From contig CAWABA010000010.1 in the NCBI GenBank assembly GCA_963780185.1, positions 32,001-96,000 of the forward strand: a stretch of DNA of 64,000 bases, written 5' to 3'. The notes below the pieces were generated by a model. That model saw nothing but the letters and a program-made list of their open reading frames with translations. It made no database searches and was not told where the DNA came from. The position numbers were made by a program, and so were the translations under genes. Source of the DNA: Candidatus Bathyarchaeota archaeon. Its GTDB lineage: Archaea > Thermoproteota > Bathyarchaeia > Bathyarchaeales > Bathycorpusculaceae. Positions 52,139 through 63,588 of the stretch are shown piece by piece (position 1 is the stretch's first letter; each line of letters starts with the position of its first letter).

Positions 52139-53227
52139 CTACCTTGTAATCCTGGCTTGCCGCACCGTTTCCAAGCAGTCGCTGGCTTCCTTGTTGTTTG
52201 CAAAGTAGCGTCTAACAGGCTCCAGCACCTCAGCAAGCTCCGTTGCAACCCCATTTTTGAGGTCCATCGGATGCAGTTTGCCTTCTGCATATGCCGTTTC
52301 AAGCTCTTGGAAACTTTGGAACTCAACGTTTCCCCCGAACTTGGACGGCCGCTCAATTTTGAAGACTGGTTTCTCACGGAAAATAATGTACTTGCAAATA
52401 TCCATAATTGGATTGAACTTGATGGTTTTCTCCGGGCAGAAAGCCTTCGTCATCTTCTCCTTAATCTCCTCAGGAGAGTCGTAGATGAAGATGCATGTTT
52501 GGGGCTTACTCTTAGACATCTTTGCCGAAGCCACCGCTTCTTTTTCTTGTCCCTCAGGGATCGGCCAAATCTTGGGTTTTTCTAAACCTTGAAGCAAGTG
52601 GTGGTGGATGCAGACGGGTTTCCAGCAGCCTATTTTTTCTCCGATTTCCCTTGCAACCATGTTGGCTTTGCGTTGATCCATGCCTAGCTGGCAGATTTTT
52701 ACTTTCAGCTGGAAAATGTCTGCGACTTGCATGGGCGTGTAGAGGTAGTCTGAAACGTAGTGGGCTTCAGCTTCCTGTCTTCCCGCAATCTCCAGCGTCC
52801 GAGTGGTTCTGGCGATAGTTAGGTTTTTCGCGATTATGACTGTTTTAGCCCAGTAATCAATGTCTTTGTAGAGCTCGTCTGAGTAGATGAACTCAACTTT
52901 GTCGCCGGGTACACCGAGGCTGAGCCAAGAGTGTCTGAAAAGGTCAGCGGCTTTACGGATAAGCGTCAAGTCTCCGCCTAACTTGTTGTTTAACCACGCA
53001 TGCCACGTAGACAGGTAAGCCTTGAAATGGACGCCTGCCTCAGCAAAATCCTTCATCTTGTACGCGCAGATAACGCCTGTTCCCAGATGCGCCAAACCCG
53101 ACGGCTCCCAACCATTATAGGCTACGGGGTGCTCTTCGGTCTCCAAAAGCAAACGCAGGTCCTCTGGAGTAATAACCTCTTCTGTGGGCGGTCTGCAAAT
53201 AAGCTCAATCTTCTTCTCTAAATCCAA
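52139..53227 (-). CDS. tyrS: Tyrosine--tRNA ligase
   Basis: AYNGWEPSGLAHLG, YTPMQVAD, GMDQRK, KMSKS, LHPMDLK. Confidence 0.97.
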   Translation of the reverse strand: MDLEKKIELICRPPTEEVITPEDLRLLLETEEHPVAYNGWEPSGLAHLGTGVICAYKMKDFAEAGVHFKAYLSTWHAWLNNKLGGDLTLIRKAADLFRHSWLSLGVPGDKVEFIYSDELYKDIDYWAKTVIIAKNLTIARTTRTLEIAGRQEAEAHYVSDYLYTPMQVADIFQLKVKICQLGMDQRKANMVAREIGEKIGCWKPVCIHHHLLQGLEKPKIWPIPEGQEKEAVASAKMSKSKPQTCIFIYDSPEEIKEKMTKAFCPEKTIKFNPIMDICKYIIFREKPVFKIERPSKFGGNVEFQSFQELETAYAEGKLHPMDLKNGVATELAEVLEPVRRYFANNKEASDCLETVRQARITR

Positions 53228-53410
53228 TTAGTATCAACTCAACTCTTCATAGCCTAATAATAAATAACAATTTAAGAATTTACTCAGTCGATTTCTAATT
53301 TGCATTCTCCGGGGACTTTTTCATTTTCTTTGACGCCAAATACAACGGAGTTTTTTACAAAAGATTATTTAATGCTAATAATCGTACCGTTAGCAAGTAC
53401 AGTTGGTGTT

Positions 53411-53683
53411 ATGAAATTTACTAAACATGGAAAGCATCGAGCTGCCGAGAGAGAAATAAGCGAGAAGCTAATTTCGGAAGCAATCTTCAGTCCATCTCAA
53501 TCTTTTTACGACTTGTCTTCTTCAGCGTATGCAGTCTTTAAGAGACTTAACGGCAAAAATCTGCTTGTAGTTTACACCTCTGAAGGCAACGACGTTAAGG
53601 TTATAACAACTTTTATAACATCAGCGGCTCAAGAAATCATCAATAGTAAGCTTAAGAATAATGTATGGGTGAAAATAAAATGA
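53411..53683 (+). CDS. DUF4258-like (RelE-fold) putative toxin
   Basis: FTKHG.HRAAEREIS, LLVVY...KVITTF. Confidence 0.8.
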   Translation: MKFTKHGKHRAAEREISEKLISEAIFSPSQSFYDLSSSAYAVFKRLNGKNLLVVYTSEGNDVKVITTFITSAAQEIINSKLKNNVWVKIK

Positions 53684-53901
53684 AAGTTGAATACGATCGA
53701 AAAGCCGACATACTTTATATTAAGCTGAAAGAATCCAAAATTGTAGATACCCGCATGCTAAGCGAAGACGTTTACGTCGATATTGATAATGCAAATAATT
53801 TTGTCGGTATAGAAATTTGGAAGGCGTCGCAAAACGCTATTGTTCCAATCTCCAAAGACATCGCGGAAGAAGTTAAAGCTACTTTGCAAAGATGCGCGTA
53901 A
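53680..53901 (+). CDS. DUF2283-like putative antitoxin
   Basis: YDRKADILYI...VDID....VGIEIWKAS; ATGA overlap with the upstream gene. Confidence 0.87.
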   Translation: MKVEYDRKADILYIKLKESKIVDTRMLSEDVYVDIDNANNFVGIEIWKASQNAIVPISKDIAEEVKATLQRCA

Positions 53902-54203
53902 AACTTTTTCGCGTGGTCACTGTGATCCTTTAAGGGTCCCGCCTAATGGGCTTCTATTATTATTCTTTTTCTGTTGAGTACATGTTAAGGCTAAGTCTCT
54001 TAACGCGGATGACTCAGAGGAATCCTTCTTGAAAACATCCCGCCTCTCTTCACTGCTTAGCATCTTGAAGGTTACTTCACATTTCTTTGGTGCTGTATGC
54101 GTTTGATTGCTACAACCATTGCATAACAAAAAAAATTTGATAGTCCAAAATAGTTTGAAAAAAGAAAAAAAAGAAAGATTGATTGAGAGTTTCGTTTTCA
54201 ACT

Positions 54204-57200
54204 TTATTGGGCTGGGTTCAGCTTTGGGCGGTTGCTTTGTCTTTTGTAGACTATGAGTGCTGCGAAGCATGTGGTTGTGGCGATGAGTGCTGCTAGTGGG
54301 TATTCTGGTAGGGCGAAGCTTGGTCCGTTGCCGACGCCTACTGGTGTTCCTGAGAGGGCGCTTGCGGGGATGGTGCCTGTGATTGTGTGGGTTGCTGCGT
54401 CAAAGTGTGTGTTAGTTGCGAACATCCATGCGGCTCCGTTCCAGTATGTTATGACCATGGTGCTTGTGAACGATGGGTCTGTGAGGCTGACGGTGACGTA
54501 TACGTCTGGTCCGAAGGTTGTGCCGCTTGGCGGGAGGACTTGGACGTCAAAGTAGGTTGCGCCGACTCCCAGCAGGTCTGTTAATCCGGCTGGCGGCGAC
54601 TGCCCATAGTTGTCTGTTGTCACTGTGACTTGTTCGCCTGCGCTAAGGCTTGGTCCGCTGACTGTTACGTCGACTCCTGTTTGAGCTGTTTGGTCAACCG
54701 TGGCTGTGTTGCCGGAAACGGTGGTTGTGTTTGCGCTGAAGGGTACGCGATTACCGTGAAGGTTTTCTGGGCGGTGTTGGTGCCGTCGGTGACTTGCAGT
54801 GTGTAGTCGCCTGCTGCGGTGTTGTCTGGGACGATGTATTCGGCGCCTGTGAATGAGCCGTCTGAAGCGGATTGGACAGTTATAACTTGGGTTCCGGCGA
54901 AGGAGATGTGTAGGGTTGTGCTTGGGAGGAAGTTGCTTCCTGAAATGATAATGGTTGTTCCATGGTTCCGCTTGTGGGCGTTCAATGTAATTGATGCTGG
55001 AATAGTCACTGTGAAGGTTGCTTGTGCAGATTGCGAGCCGTCGGAGGCTTCAACGGTGTAGTCTCCTTTGCTTGTTGCTGATGGAACTTGGAGTTGGGCG
55101 TTTGTGATGGAGCCGTCTGAGGCAGCTGTGACGGTTGTGATTTGTTGGCCGTTGAAGAAGAGATGGACTTGTGCGTTGGCTGCAAAGTTGCTTCCTGAGA
55201 CATGATTGTGGTTCCAGCTTGTCCTGATGGTGGGTTCAAAGAGATGGTGGGTGTTTGAGGTGTGGATACTGCGATGCCGCCGAGGTTAACGATTTGGCTG
55301 TCTCCGATTCGGCTGGAGTCGCCTAATCCGCCGTCTGTCAGCTTTAGGGTTACTGTGTTTCCGTTGATGCTTTGGATTGGCACTTGCACCCAACCTTGAC
55401 CCGCCGTGTACATCCAGTATTGTGCGTTACCAGGAACAGCTGAAGGCAACGTAATGCTCAACGTGTCTACTAGACCCCAGTTCAAGTAAGTGAAGGGCGG
55501 GGTTCCACCTATAGTGTAGCTGAACAAGCCATCTGGGAAAGTCAAACCCGAAGGCAGACCAGTCTGTGGCAGCGTGCTCGGTAAGACCGCAGTTAAGCCG
55601 TTTACTTGTCCTATGTTTGGAGTGAACGTTGCTGTTCCGGTTCCTGTAGCTGTTTGAATCTGTGCAGTCTGCAATGGGATAATGTCTGTCCAAGTGTTGG
55701 CGTTGGCCAATGGAAAATACGCTACAGTTTGCGTAAAAGATCCTAATGCACCTGGGTCCTGGTATCCTTGCGCGGTGAAATTCATAGCGACGGGCAATTG
55801 GGAAACTAAGAAGTCAATGGTTACTTCGCCGTTGGCGTCAGTGGTGTAGACTTGGGTTACTGGGCCATTATTTGGTGCAAAACTAATTTGAGCGTTAGGT
55901 ACTGGGACTCCTTCAGGATAATTTGGGTCATTAGATAAGAAGTTCCCGATGTGGAAGGTTACTGAGAACTCGTAGCTGGGCGGGTAAATCAGTATTTGTG
56001 AAAGGTCCGTGTTACTGCCGTCGTCATTGGCCCAGTACGTTTGGGAGTACGTTGCGTAGCCTGTCGCCGTAACGGTGAGGTATATGGGCATGTTTCCGTA
56101 TTGGGGAATGTAGTAGGCTGTTGTTTGGAATTGGCCGTTGGCGTCGGTGGTTAACGTCTGAGTTGGTTGGGTGCCGCCGAAATCTAAGGTAACTGTTGCG
56201 CCTGCAATCGGCGTGGGTGGTACGTTCCAATTGGTCAATGTAGAGCCGTCTTTTATGGTGCCGCTGATTTGGAAGGTTGACGGAGGCACGCTTTGCAGCT
56301 GGATGTTGGTTGTCAAGTATGTTTCGCCGTTGGGGTTATCGACCGTGACTGTTTGGGAGATGTATCCTGGGGCTGAAACCTGCACTGTCAAGGGGAAATC
56401 AGACAAATGGGGGGAGCATTCCATAGTGCCTGAGTAACCGGTGGTTTGATCTTGGGAAAACGTGTTTGAGCTGACGCTGACATCGGCGCCTTGAATCGGG
56501 TTGTTGTTTGCGTCGGTTACATAAACGTTGTAGTCGCACTGCTGGTTTCCGCCGCTCCAAACGTGGATTCCTTGACACACCTTGTCGATGCCTTGGTCAA
56601 AGACGCCGTTGTTGTTTAGGTCTAAAACTATGTCGTATGTTCCCGTGTTTGACCAGGAAGGCCACCACAAACCGTATGTATAATTTCCATAGCTTAGCCA
56701 TGTTTGATCTGGGTATCCAGTGACGTCACTTAAAAGGTCGCCGTCGTTCCAGCTCTGCTGATGAGGCGCAATATAGAACGTTGCTTGCTGACCATATCCG
56801 CCCGTTACAGTGGCGCATATCAAATTGTTAGGTTGGAAGATGCTTTGGGGGTTTCCTGAGTAATCCGATGCAAACATCGAGGAAACTGATCGCATCATAG
56901 GGAAATTAACATAGTTGGTCAGTGAGCCCGCAGCTGGAACATTTACCGTTGCTACTGATGTACAATATCCTGGCGCGGAAACAGTTACTTTCAGTGGAGT
57001 TTGCGAAGGGAAATAGGTTGTCTGGAAACCATGAATTGAATCGTAAGGTATCGTTACAGGGGCGTCGTAGCTTCCTTGGATAGTGTTCCAGTATTGGACG
57101 GTTACTGTTGCTGCTGGCAGCGTGTAATAACTTGAGTTGTATACGTCTCCGATTAGCCCGTATTGTGGTTCACCTGCAGATTTTACGGCGTCAGCAATCA

Positions 57201-58206
57201 TGGCCCAGTCGGTTGATTGACCGATGCCGTTTGTGAAAGTGCCGCCTGAGCCCCATTGGAGCCACTGGCATATTTGGTCCTCGCCTAGGATCTCCCGTGT
57301 AGTGGTATAAACGCCATTGATATATTCACTGTGGTATACTTCCCAGATGTTGTTCACGTTATACAAATGATTATCAGCGTTTTGACCCAAGTTCCCAGTT
57401 CCCAGTATTCCGAGTATCAAGTCGTTAGGGGTCGTAGCGGAAGTGGTGACGGTGGGTGAATCAGATTGTCCCGTATTAACTACTGGATTGCCGTCAAATG
57501 GATCGGTTGCGTTATTCCCTCTTATGCTGAAAGCCAAGACTGCGGCTTTGTTGCCGCCGTTTGGTACATTAAAACTTGCATTGATATCAATTTCGCCAGT
57601 TTGAGGCATCACTGCATACCAAGTATCCAGCTTTTCGCTGCCCGAAGCATAAATCACCTGTTGCCTTAGTGTCCAAGTCAAAGGAGGATTCGAAGTTATG
57701 CCGGTGACTGCTTGGGCGCTTGGCAAGACAGCGGCGAAATAAATTAACTCATTCGGCGTTGCCGTTGACAGGGAAAGCAGCATCGCGTTGTTGCCCCAAG
57801 TCCAACCACCAGCAAATTGATCCAAAACGGGGTTTGAAAGCTGCAAGTAAAAATCTCTTGTTATTGGCTGGTCAAAAGAAGTGGGCATGTCCGTAGCTAA
57901 TTGTACATAATAATTTTGGGCTGAGGCGTCTATTGATATTGGTGGATTATCTGTTGAAAACGACGTTGAATACATACCGTTAACGTCGGTGCTTAAGGCG
58001 TCACTAGAGCCATCGGTGTAGTAGACGGCGACTCGAGCGTAATGGATGGGAACGCCCGTATCATGGTCGTATACGGTGCCTTGAATTGTCTGCGTCGCCG
58101 GCGGAATATCCGCTTTGACACTCGTGGCAGTTAACATGAATAACGTCGAGCTAATCAGCAAAAACGTTAAACAAACAATCGCTACTCTGTTAAATTTATG
58201 TTTCAT
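54204..58206 (-). CDS. Large surface protein (carboxypeptidase-regulatory-like repeats, choice-of-anchor U-like, IPT/TIG-like, PEF-CTERM-like); split by frameshifts
   Basis: Signal peptide; PI.GA.V...TD.NG...VSAPGY repeats; LTDGGLGD; two GSNF Ig units; LPEYP + TM + KR; three consecutive ORFs read as one. Confidence 0.8.
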
Positions 58207-58827
58207 GATGAATTCTCTTCTCCTTTCACTGTCCAGAATCTCCTAATCCTTTGCCGCCCTTACTATTTAACACCTCTGGACAACCTGACGCTCTTTTCTA
58301 TTGTTAGGGCTTGCTAAACCCTCAGGCTTCAGAACCTTAATTTTCGCGGCGCGGCGGAAGAAACTTCGCCAAAAAATGGTTGAAGCCGACCTGCCTGCTA
58401 AACCGTTTTTTACGGGCTGTTTGTCTCCCATGTAACCTAACGCTTAACCGCATAGCTGGGCGTTGCCTTTTGCTTAGCTAAGTTCTCTCGGCATGGGATG
58501 TTAGTTTTCGCCCGCGCCTCACCTGTTCCATAATTGGGTAGAACCCTGTCGTCATGGGTGCAAGATTTGTGTTTCTTGCGTACCTCTGTTGAGTCCGTCG
58601 TTATGGGTGCTCGATTTTGGTGAGGCAATAAAATAGGCGTAGATGTGTTGGTTAAACGTTGCTGTATGGATGGTTGCGTTTTTGAAGATTCGAGCGGCAT
58701 CTATTGTTAAAATGAAAATCTCTGGCTAATCGGAGCCGCGGGATTGATTCCTGCAAACCTTATATTTCAATCGCGCAGACTAGCTCCAAAGGTCGGTTTT
58801 CACAGCACATACAAGGGGCGGGAAAGT

Positions 58828-60366
58828 ATGCGGCTATTGAAAAGCGGTTGTAACTTCAGGTTAGCCTTCTTCATTTTTGCCGTCGGCTATCTTAGTATCC
58901 TAGTTGGTTTTCTAGTTCTGAATCTTTCAAACATGCCTATCCAGTGGGATGAAGCCGCCCATCTTGACAACGGGCTCTTCCTTAAACTTGGAATGTACCA
59001 TCACTTCTCAAGCAACCTGTTCTATCCCCCGCTCTATGACGCCCTAACCTTTCTGTCCTACAACGTTTTCGGCGTAAGCGTGGTTTCCGCCAGAATAGTT
59101 GACGCAGTCTTCTCAGTTTTGCTTCTGTGGGTAGTTTTTGAGTTCACCAACAAAGCCTACAACGGCAAAACCGCCTTGTTAGCCTCGATTTTCTTAAGCG
59201 TAATGCCAGGCTACTTCTATGCTTCTCACATCGCAATGCTAGACATAGCCTTAACCTTCTTTTTTGCACTATCGATTTTCTTTTTTTACCTTTGGCTACA
59301 AACGCACCTAGACAGATTGCTGGTTTTCACAGGGATAGCCCTAATCCTCGGCTTCTTAATCAAATACCAAATTCTCGTCGCAGCACTCGTAATCCTGATC
59401 GGAATCCTGCTTTTCTGCAGAAGCCAGCTTAAAAGACCGTTTTCAAAAAAGCGCTACATCGCAATAATTGCAGCCCTGGTAGCGGCGGCAGCTTACCTAA
59501 TCTTCAGCTTTCGATCCTACTTACAAATGTGGCTAAATGTAATCGGAATGACAACTACAGGAAGCCGCTCGGTAACCCCGCTTTATTATCTGTTCGAAAT
59601 GAACAGCATATACCCAACCATTCACCCAATTTCGCTTCTCATGTATATCCTGGGTTTTCTCGGCTTAGGCATATTTGCTCTAAGACGGCAGAGGGCTGAC
59701 AAAGTCCTCTTGATATGGTTTTTCACTGTTTTAGTTTTCTACACATTAGTCAGCAACAAAAACTGGCGGTACGTTCTTCCGTTGTTCCCCGTGTTGGCGG
59801 TTTCAGCGGCGATTCTGATTACAGTCGCCTACACCAAGCTGCGAAGCCTCAACAGAAAAACATTGACCAAAATCGGAGCCTCACTGCTGATTGCCTTAAC
59901 GTGTCTATCCCTGTATTTTAGCGTGAATGACGCGGTTTATTGGACGAACTCTGAGCGGGCGCCTTTCGAGTTGGAGCAAGCCGTCAAATATGCGGTGATG
60001 GTTGGCGGCGTGAACCAGTCGATAACGGTTCTTTGCCCCGACAACTACTTCAGCAAAGGCATACTGGACTTTTATCTTCTCAAAGACGGCGAACCCCAAA
60101 TCCACGTGTACACTTATCCTTGGTCAAGAATTATTGATCCCTCCTTCAACGTCACCGTCCTAATCTGCCGCTGCAAAGAATACAACGTGAAATTCCTCTT
60201 CACAACAGAATTCGGCGGCAACCACCTAGACTACTTCAACCAAACAACCACACTAATGGACATCTACGCCCAACTATACAACTCCAACAACTTCACCCAC
60301 ATCACACCTGAACAAACCTTCGGGCACTCACCCAGACGCATATACATACTGAACTTCACAGGATAA
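58828..60366 (+). CDS. GT-C fold membrane glycosyltransferase (ArnT/PMT-like)
   Basis: QWDEAAH, YPPLY, GFLIKY, RYVLPLFP; multi-TM. Confidence 0.88.
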   Translation: MRLLKSGCNFRLAFFIFAVGYLSILVGFLVLNLSNMPIQWDEAAHLDNGLFLKLGMYHHFSSNLFYPPLYDALTFLSYNVFGVSVVSARIVDAVFSVLLLWVVFEFTNKAYNGKTALLASIFLSVMPGYFYASHIAMLDIALTFFFALSIFFFYLWLQTHLDRLLVFTGIALILGFLIKYQILVAALVILIGILLFCRSQLKRPFSKKRYIAIIAALVAAAAYLIFSFRSYLQMWLNVIGMTTTGSRSVTPLYYLFEMNSIYPTIHPISLLMYILGFLGLGIFALRRQRADKVLLIWFFTVLVFYTLVSNKNWRYVLPLFPVLAVSAAILITVAYTKLRSLNRKTLTKIGASLLIALTCLSLYFSVNDAVYWTNSERAPFELEQAVKYAVMVGGVNQSITVLCPDNYFSKGILDFYLLKDGEPQIHVYTYPWSRIIDPSFNVTVLICRCKEYNVKFLFTTEFGGNHLDYFNQTTTLMDIYAQLYNSNNFTHITPEQTFGHSPRRIYILNFTG

Positions 60367-60398
60367 ACAAAAGTTTTTGCACAAAACAAACCTGTGCC

Positions 60399-61877
60399 TC
60401 AACTCGGAGATGATTCACTGGCATGTATCTGCATATTCACCTTTTTCCTGCGCAAGACGGAGGCAGCTACGGCAGCTACTACGATTACTAGAACTACCGC
60501 CACAATCACTAACACAACAGACAGACTCATGAAACCGCCCAGAGAGAAAGCGCTGGTTGACCCCTGCTTCCACCACTGATTCACCGAAGCAGAGTTGAAT
60601 GTTGACACGTAAGACTGTAGCTGCGACTCGGTGAAGCCGCCTGCCTGAGTCGGCGGAAGCGTCAAAACCTGATTCGTCTGCACAGTCACGGTGTTGTTTG
60701 TCGCGGGATCCATGAAGATGACTGGGCCATCCAAAACTTGGATTTGGGTGGTTCCGTTGGAGAAAACGTTTACGGTGTACTCTGTGTTTTGGCCTGCAAC
60801 TGCACCCTGTGGCACAACTATCAGGTGCGACACGGTTTCTTTGACGTAGGCGACGCCGTTAGGGATGACGAATGCCCCGCCTTCAATGAATAAGCCAATC
60901 GCCGCGGCTTGCCCCAGAGGTTCACTGAAAACCAACACGGCAAGCGCAACGTCCAGCGGTACGGTGTACTTCATCTCGTTTAGCTGCTCTGCGCCGTTTG
61001 GAAAGATGGTTCCGCCTGAGATTTGCGGGTAAATCATGTAGGTGATTCCGTTGTCTGGGGCGGGTTCAGAAGTTAATCCTACCCAGCCGCCGTCGCTGTT
61101 CGCTCCGAGGTACACGGTTCCGCCCTGGTTAGGCGTTTCAAAAGCCACAATTCCGTTGTTGCCTGTTGCGATTTCGGTTCCGCTGACAGTTTGTCCAGTT
61201 GAAAGAGGGGTGTTCCCGCTTGCTGTAGGAGTCCATACCTGTCCTTTTATTGATGCAATGTTGCCATAGTATCGGCTGTTTAAAGGCTCATTCGTCGAAG
61301 TAGGGGTGGTTGTCGGGTTTAGGGTTGGACCCGCAGTTGCTGAGCTTGTTTGCGTGACTACTATGCCGTTTTGGTCGGTTGTTTCGGCGGTTCCGCTTAA
61401 CGTGGCGGTAATTATGCTTGTGGTGAACGTACCCGTCAGCTGCTCCGAGGTTAATTGGCTTCCTGTCTCGTCGGCTGTGAAACTGGAGCTTGAAACGGTT
61501 CCTGAAAAATCAATTTCGCCTGCAACTGGAGGAGCCCCCGTGGTGCCAGGGTACTCTTGACTGTACGCGGAGTCAACAACCCAGCTTATCGGGTTCAGGT
61601 ACAAAGCTATGGTTATTTGGCTGCCGTCTTGAGAAATATCCATCTCGAAGGTTCCTGTCACGTCGGCTTGGCGGATACCAGTGCCGAAAGCATCCATCTC
61701 ATAGTAAGTTCCGTTTGATGAACTTCGCCACGTTCCACTCAGGTTCCTTGCGGGGCTAATTGAAGCATGCAGGGGCGCTACCGCCGTTGAAAGTAGAATC
61801 ACAAAACAAATCGCCAAAGCCAACAACTTTGCCGAACCAGAAAATTTGATGCACTTTGTTTTTCGTGTTTTGCCCAT
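60399..61877 (-). CDS. Secreted, C-terminally anchored protein with FecR-like region
   Basis: Signal peptide; NTEYTVNV..NGTTQIQVLDG motif; C-terminal TM + RRKK. Confidence 0.75.
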   Translation of the reverse strand: MGKTRKTKCIKFSGSAKLLALAICFVILLSTAVAPLHASISPARNLSGTWRSSSNGTYYEMDAFGTGIRQADVTGTFEMDISQDGSQITIALYLNPISWVVDSAYSQEYPGTTGAPPVAGEIDFSGTVSSSSFTADETGSQLTSEQLTGTFTTSIITATLSGTAETTDQNGIVVTQTSSATAGPTLNPTTTPTSTNEPLNSRYYGNIASIKGQVWTPTASGNTPLSTGQTVSGTEIATGNNGIVAFETPNQGGTVYLGANSDGGWVGLTSEPAPDNGITYMIYPQISGGTIFPNGAEQLNEMKYTVPLDVALAVLVFSEPLGQAAAIGLFIEGGAFVIPNGVAYVKETVSHLIVVPQGAVAGQNTEYTVNVFSNGTTQIQVLDGPVIFMDPATNNTVTVQTNQVLTLPPTQAGGFTESQLQSYVSTFNSASVNQWWKQGSTSAFSLGGFMSLSVVLVIVAVVLVIVVAAVAASVLRRKKVNMQIHASESSPS

Positions 61878-62050
61878 GTCAATCAGCGCCTATGAACCAG
61901 CTATCCATGTTCGATACTTTTTGAATATAAAACTTGTTAACTTCCAGTATGTTTTCCACCGAAAGATCGCCTGCCCAACCGCCAACCTCTCCTGTTTTCG
62001 CGGTGTTTTCCCGTAAAAGTTATAGGTTGAATTGGGTAACCAACGCTTGG

Positions 62051-62818
62051 ATGGCAATGTCACGCAAATGGCACGTATGCCTCATAGTAGCCCTATCTTT
62101 ACTAGTTACTTTGCCAGCTCTGCTTGAGCCTACGAATAGTCAAGCAGCAAATCAAATCCAAACCCAACCCAGCCCGCAGCAAACCATAGTGTTGGACGCA
62201 GCCAAATCCTCCGACTTCAACATCTACAACACCAACGGCACCGCACCCGCTATCAGCGGCAACTCAACAACGCTCTACGCCAGCGACAAAACAGACGTCT
62301 ACAGCGACATCGTTTCATACACAACCGTAACCGCGCAGAAAAACCTGGTTCTGCAAGCCTCAGCCGCAGCCAACGTCAAAAGCTTCTCGAGCACGGGCGG
62401 GGACCAATTCGCGATTTTCGCCGCCGACGACACGTCAAAGTACAAGGGAGACGAGTTCGGGTTTGTTCTTCCCGAAACAGGCGACACATGGTACGCCTAC
62501 ATCCAGTCGCCGCATCTGCCCGGCTGGTTCATTTGGACCCCCGTGCTCAAGCTGGATTCTTCTACGGCAACGCACAGTTTAGAGGCTGTTTACTCCAAAG
62601 CTGGCTTGCTTTGCCAAGTCGATTTTTACGTCGACGGCAAACAGGTCTGGGCGACCCTTTACCCCAACGTTTCAAGCCAAAACTTCCACATGGCATTATG
62701 CTCCCATAAAGTAAGCAGCCAAAACATAGACATCAGCCAAAACATGATGACAGTCCAAGCCGCGTCTTTCACGTCACAAAACGACTCGGCAAAGAGCTTT
62801 TCGGCTGGGTTGCTGTAA
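62051..62818 (+). CDS. Secreted beta-rich hypothetical protein (possible ConA-like fold)
   Basis: Signal peptide; DEFGF, VDFYVDGKQV. Confidence 0.7.
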   Translation: MAMSRKWHVCLIVALSLLVTLPALLEPTNSQAANQIQTQPSPQQTIVLDAAKSSDFNIYNTNGTAPAISGNSTTLYASDKTDVYSDIVSYTTVTAQKNLVLQASAAANVKSFSSTGGDQFAIFAADDTSKYKGDEFGFVLPETGDTWYAYIQSPHLPGWFIWTPVLKLDSSTATHSLEAVYSKAGLLCQVDFYVDGKQVWATLYPNVSSQNFHMALCSHKVSSQNIDISQNMMTVQAASFTSQNDSAKSFSAGLL

Positions 62819-62939
62819 CTTATCCAATTAGCCTATTTGTTTTCAATTGGGAAACCGGGTGCTGTCAAGTTAAGTTACCCGACGCGAAAAAACATTTTCT
62901 CAAAGTCTTAAATACGTAATGTTAGAAAGTAGAGGGGGG

Positions 62940-63581
62940 ATGAATTTGGAATTAATCGAAGTAAATCCTGATAATGAAATGGGTTCAAGAGATTTATCTC
63001 AAAAAATAATTCAAGGTCTAATGAAAACTGAAATTGTTGATGTTGTTGGAATGGGTTCAAGCATTGGAACATCGATTGCTGGAATAAATGCCGCAAGAGC
63101 GATTGCAAATGTGAACATTCAATGTGCGTCTATAGATTACGTCACCTTAACTGCATCTTACAAGCCTGATGCTATATTTGTTGAACTCAGTAGATTCCCC
63201 TCAGAAACTCCGCCCGTTGTGAAAAAGTTTGAAGAAGAAGATTACGAAACACGGAAAGCAAGAACAGTCAGTGTTTCAAGAGAAGATAGACTAGAAGCTA
63301 TTACCAATATAATTCTTTGGAAAATCAATAAGAATGAAACGGTAAAAGTCATGGCCTCTGGTTTCGCAATCCCTACAGCCATAAAATCAGTTCTTCAAGT
63401 AACCACTACGCAAATTTCCAAAAACCCCGTGGGGATAACAGGGATAATCCTTGATTCAGTTGAACGCGGAACTGGTACGGGCAAATTAATTCCTGCAATT
63501 CAGATTTACATCGAAAAGAACAAAGAAACTCTACATTCTATTCGCCATAACGAAGTTTTGAAGAAAATAACGGCTAGGTAA
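62940..63581 (+). CDS. Tandem Alba-fold protein
   Basis: Both halves follow the Alba pattern: VVGMGSSIGTSI / VMASGFAIPTAI vs KARGRAISKAV; DAIFVELSR / PAIQIYIEK vs STIEIAIRK. Confidence 0.65.
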   Translation: MNLELIEVNPDNEMGSRDLSQKIIQGLMKTEIVDVVGMGSSIGTSIAGINAARAIANVNIQCASIDYVTLTASYKPDAIFVELSRFPSETPPVVKKFEEEDYETRKARTVSVSREDRLEAITNIILWKINKNETVKVMASGFAIPTAIKSVLQVTTTQISKNPVGITGIILDSVERGTGTGKLIPAIQIYIEKNKETLHSIRHNEVLKKITAR

Positions 63582-63588
63582 ACTGTGC

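Noticed and set aside
46365-62881. Shared 11-13 bp GTAACTTA-containing matches at 46.37 kb and 62.8 kb
   Set aside because: Matches this short are expected by chance in 64 kb
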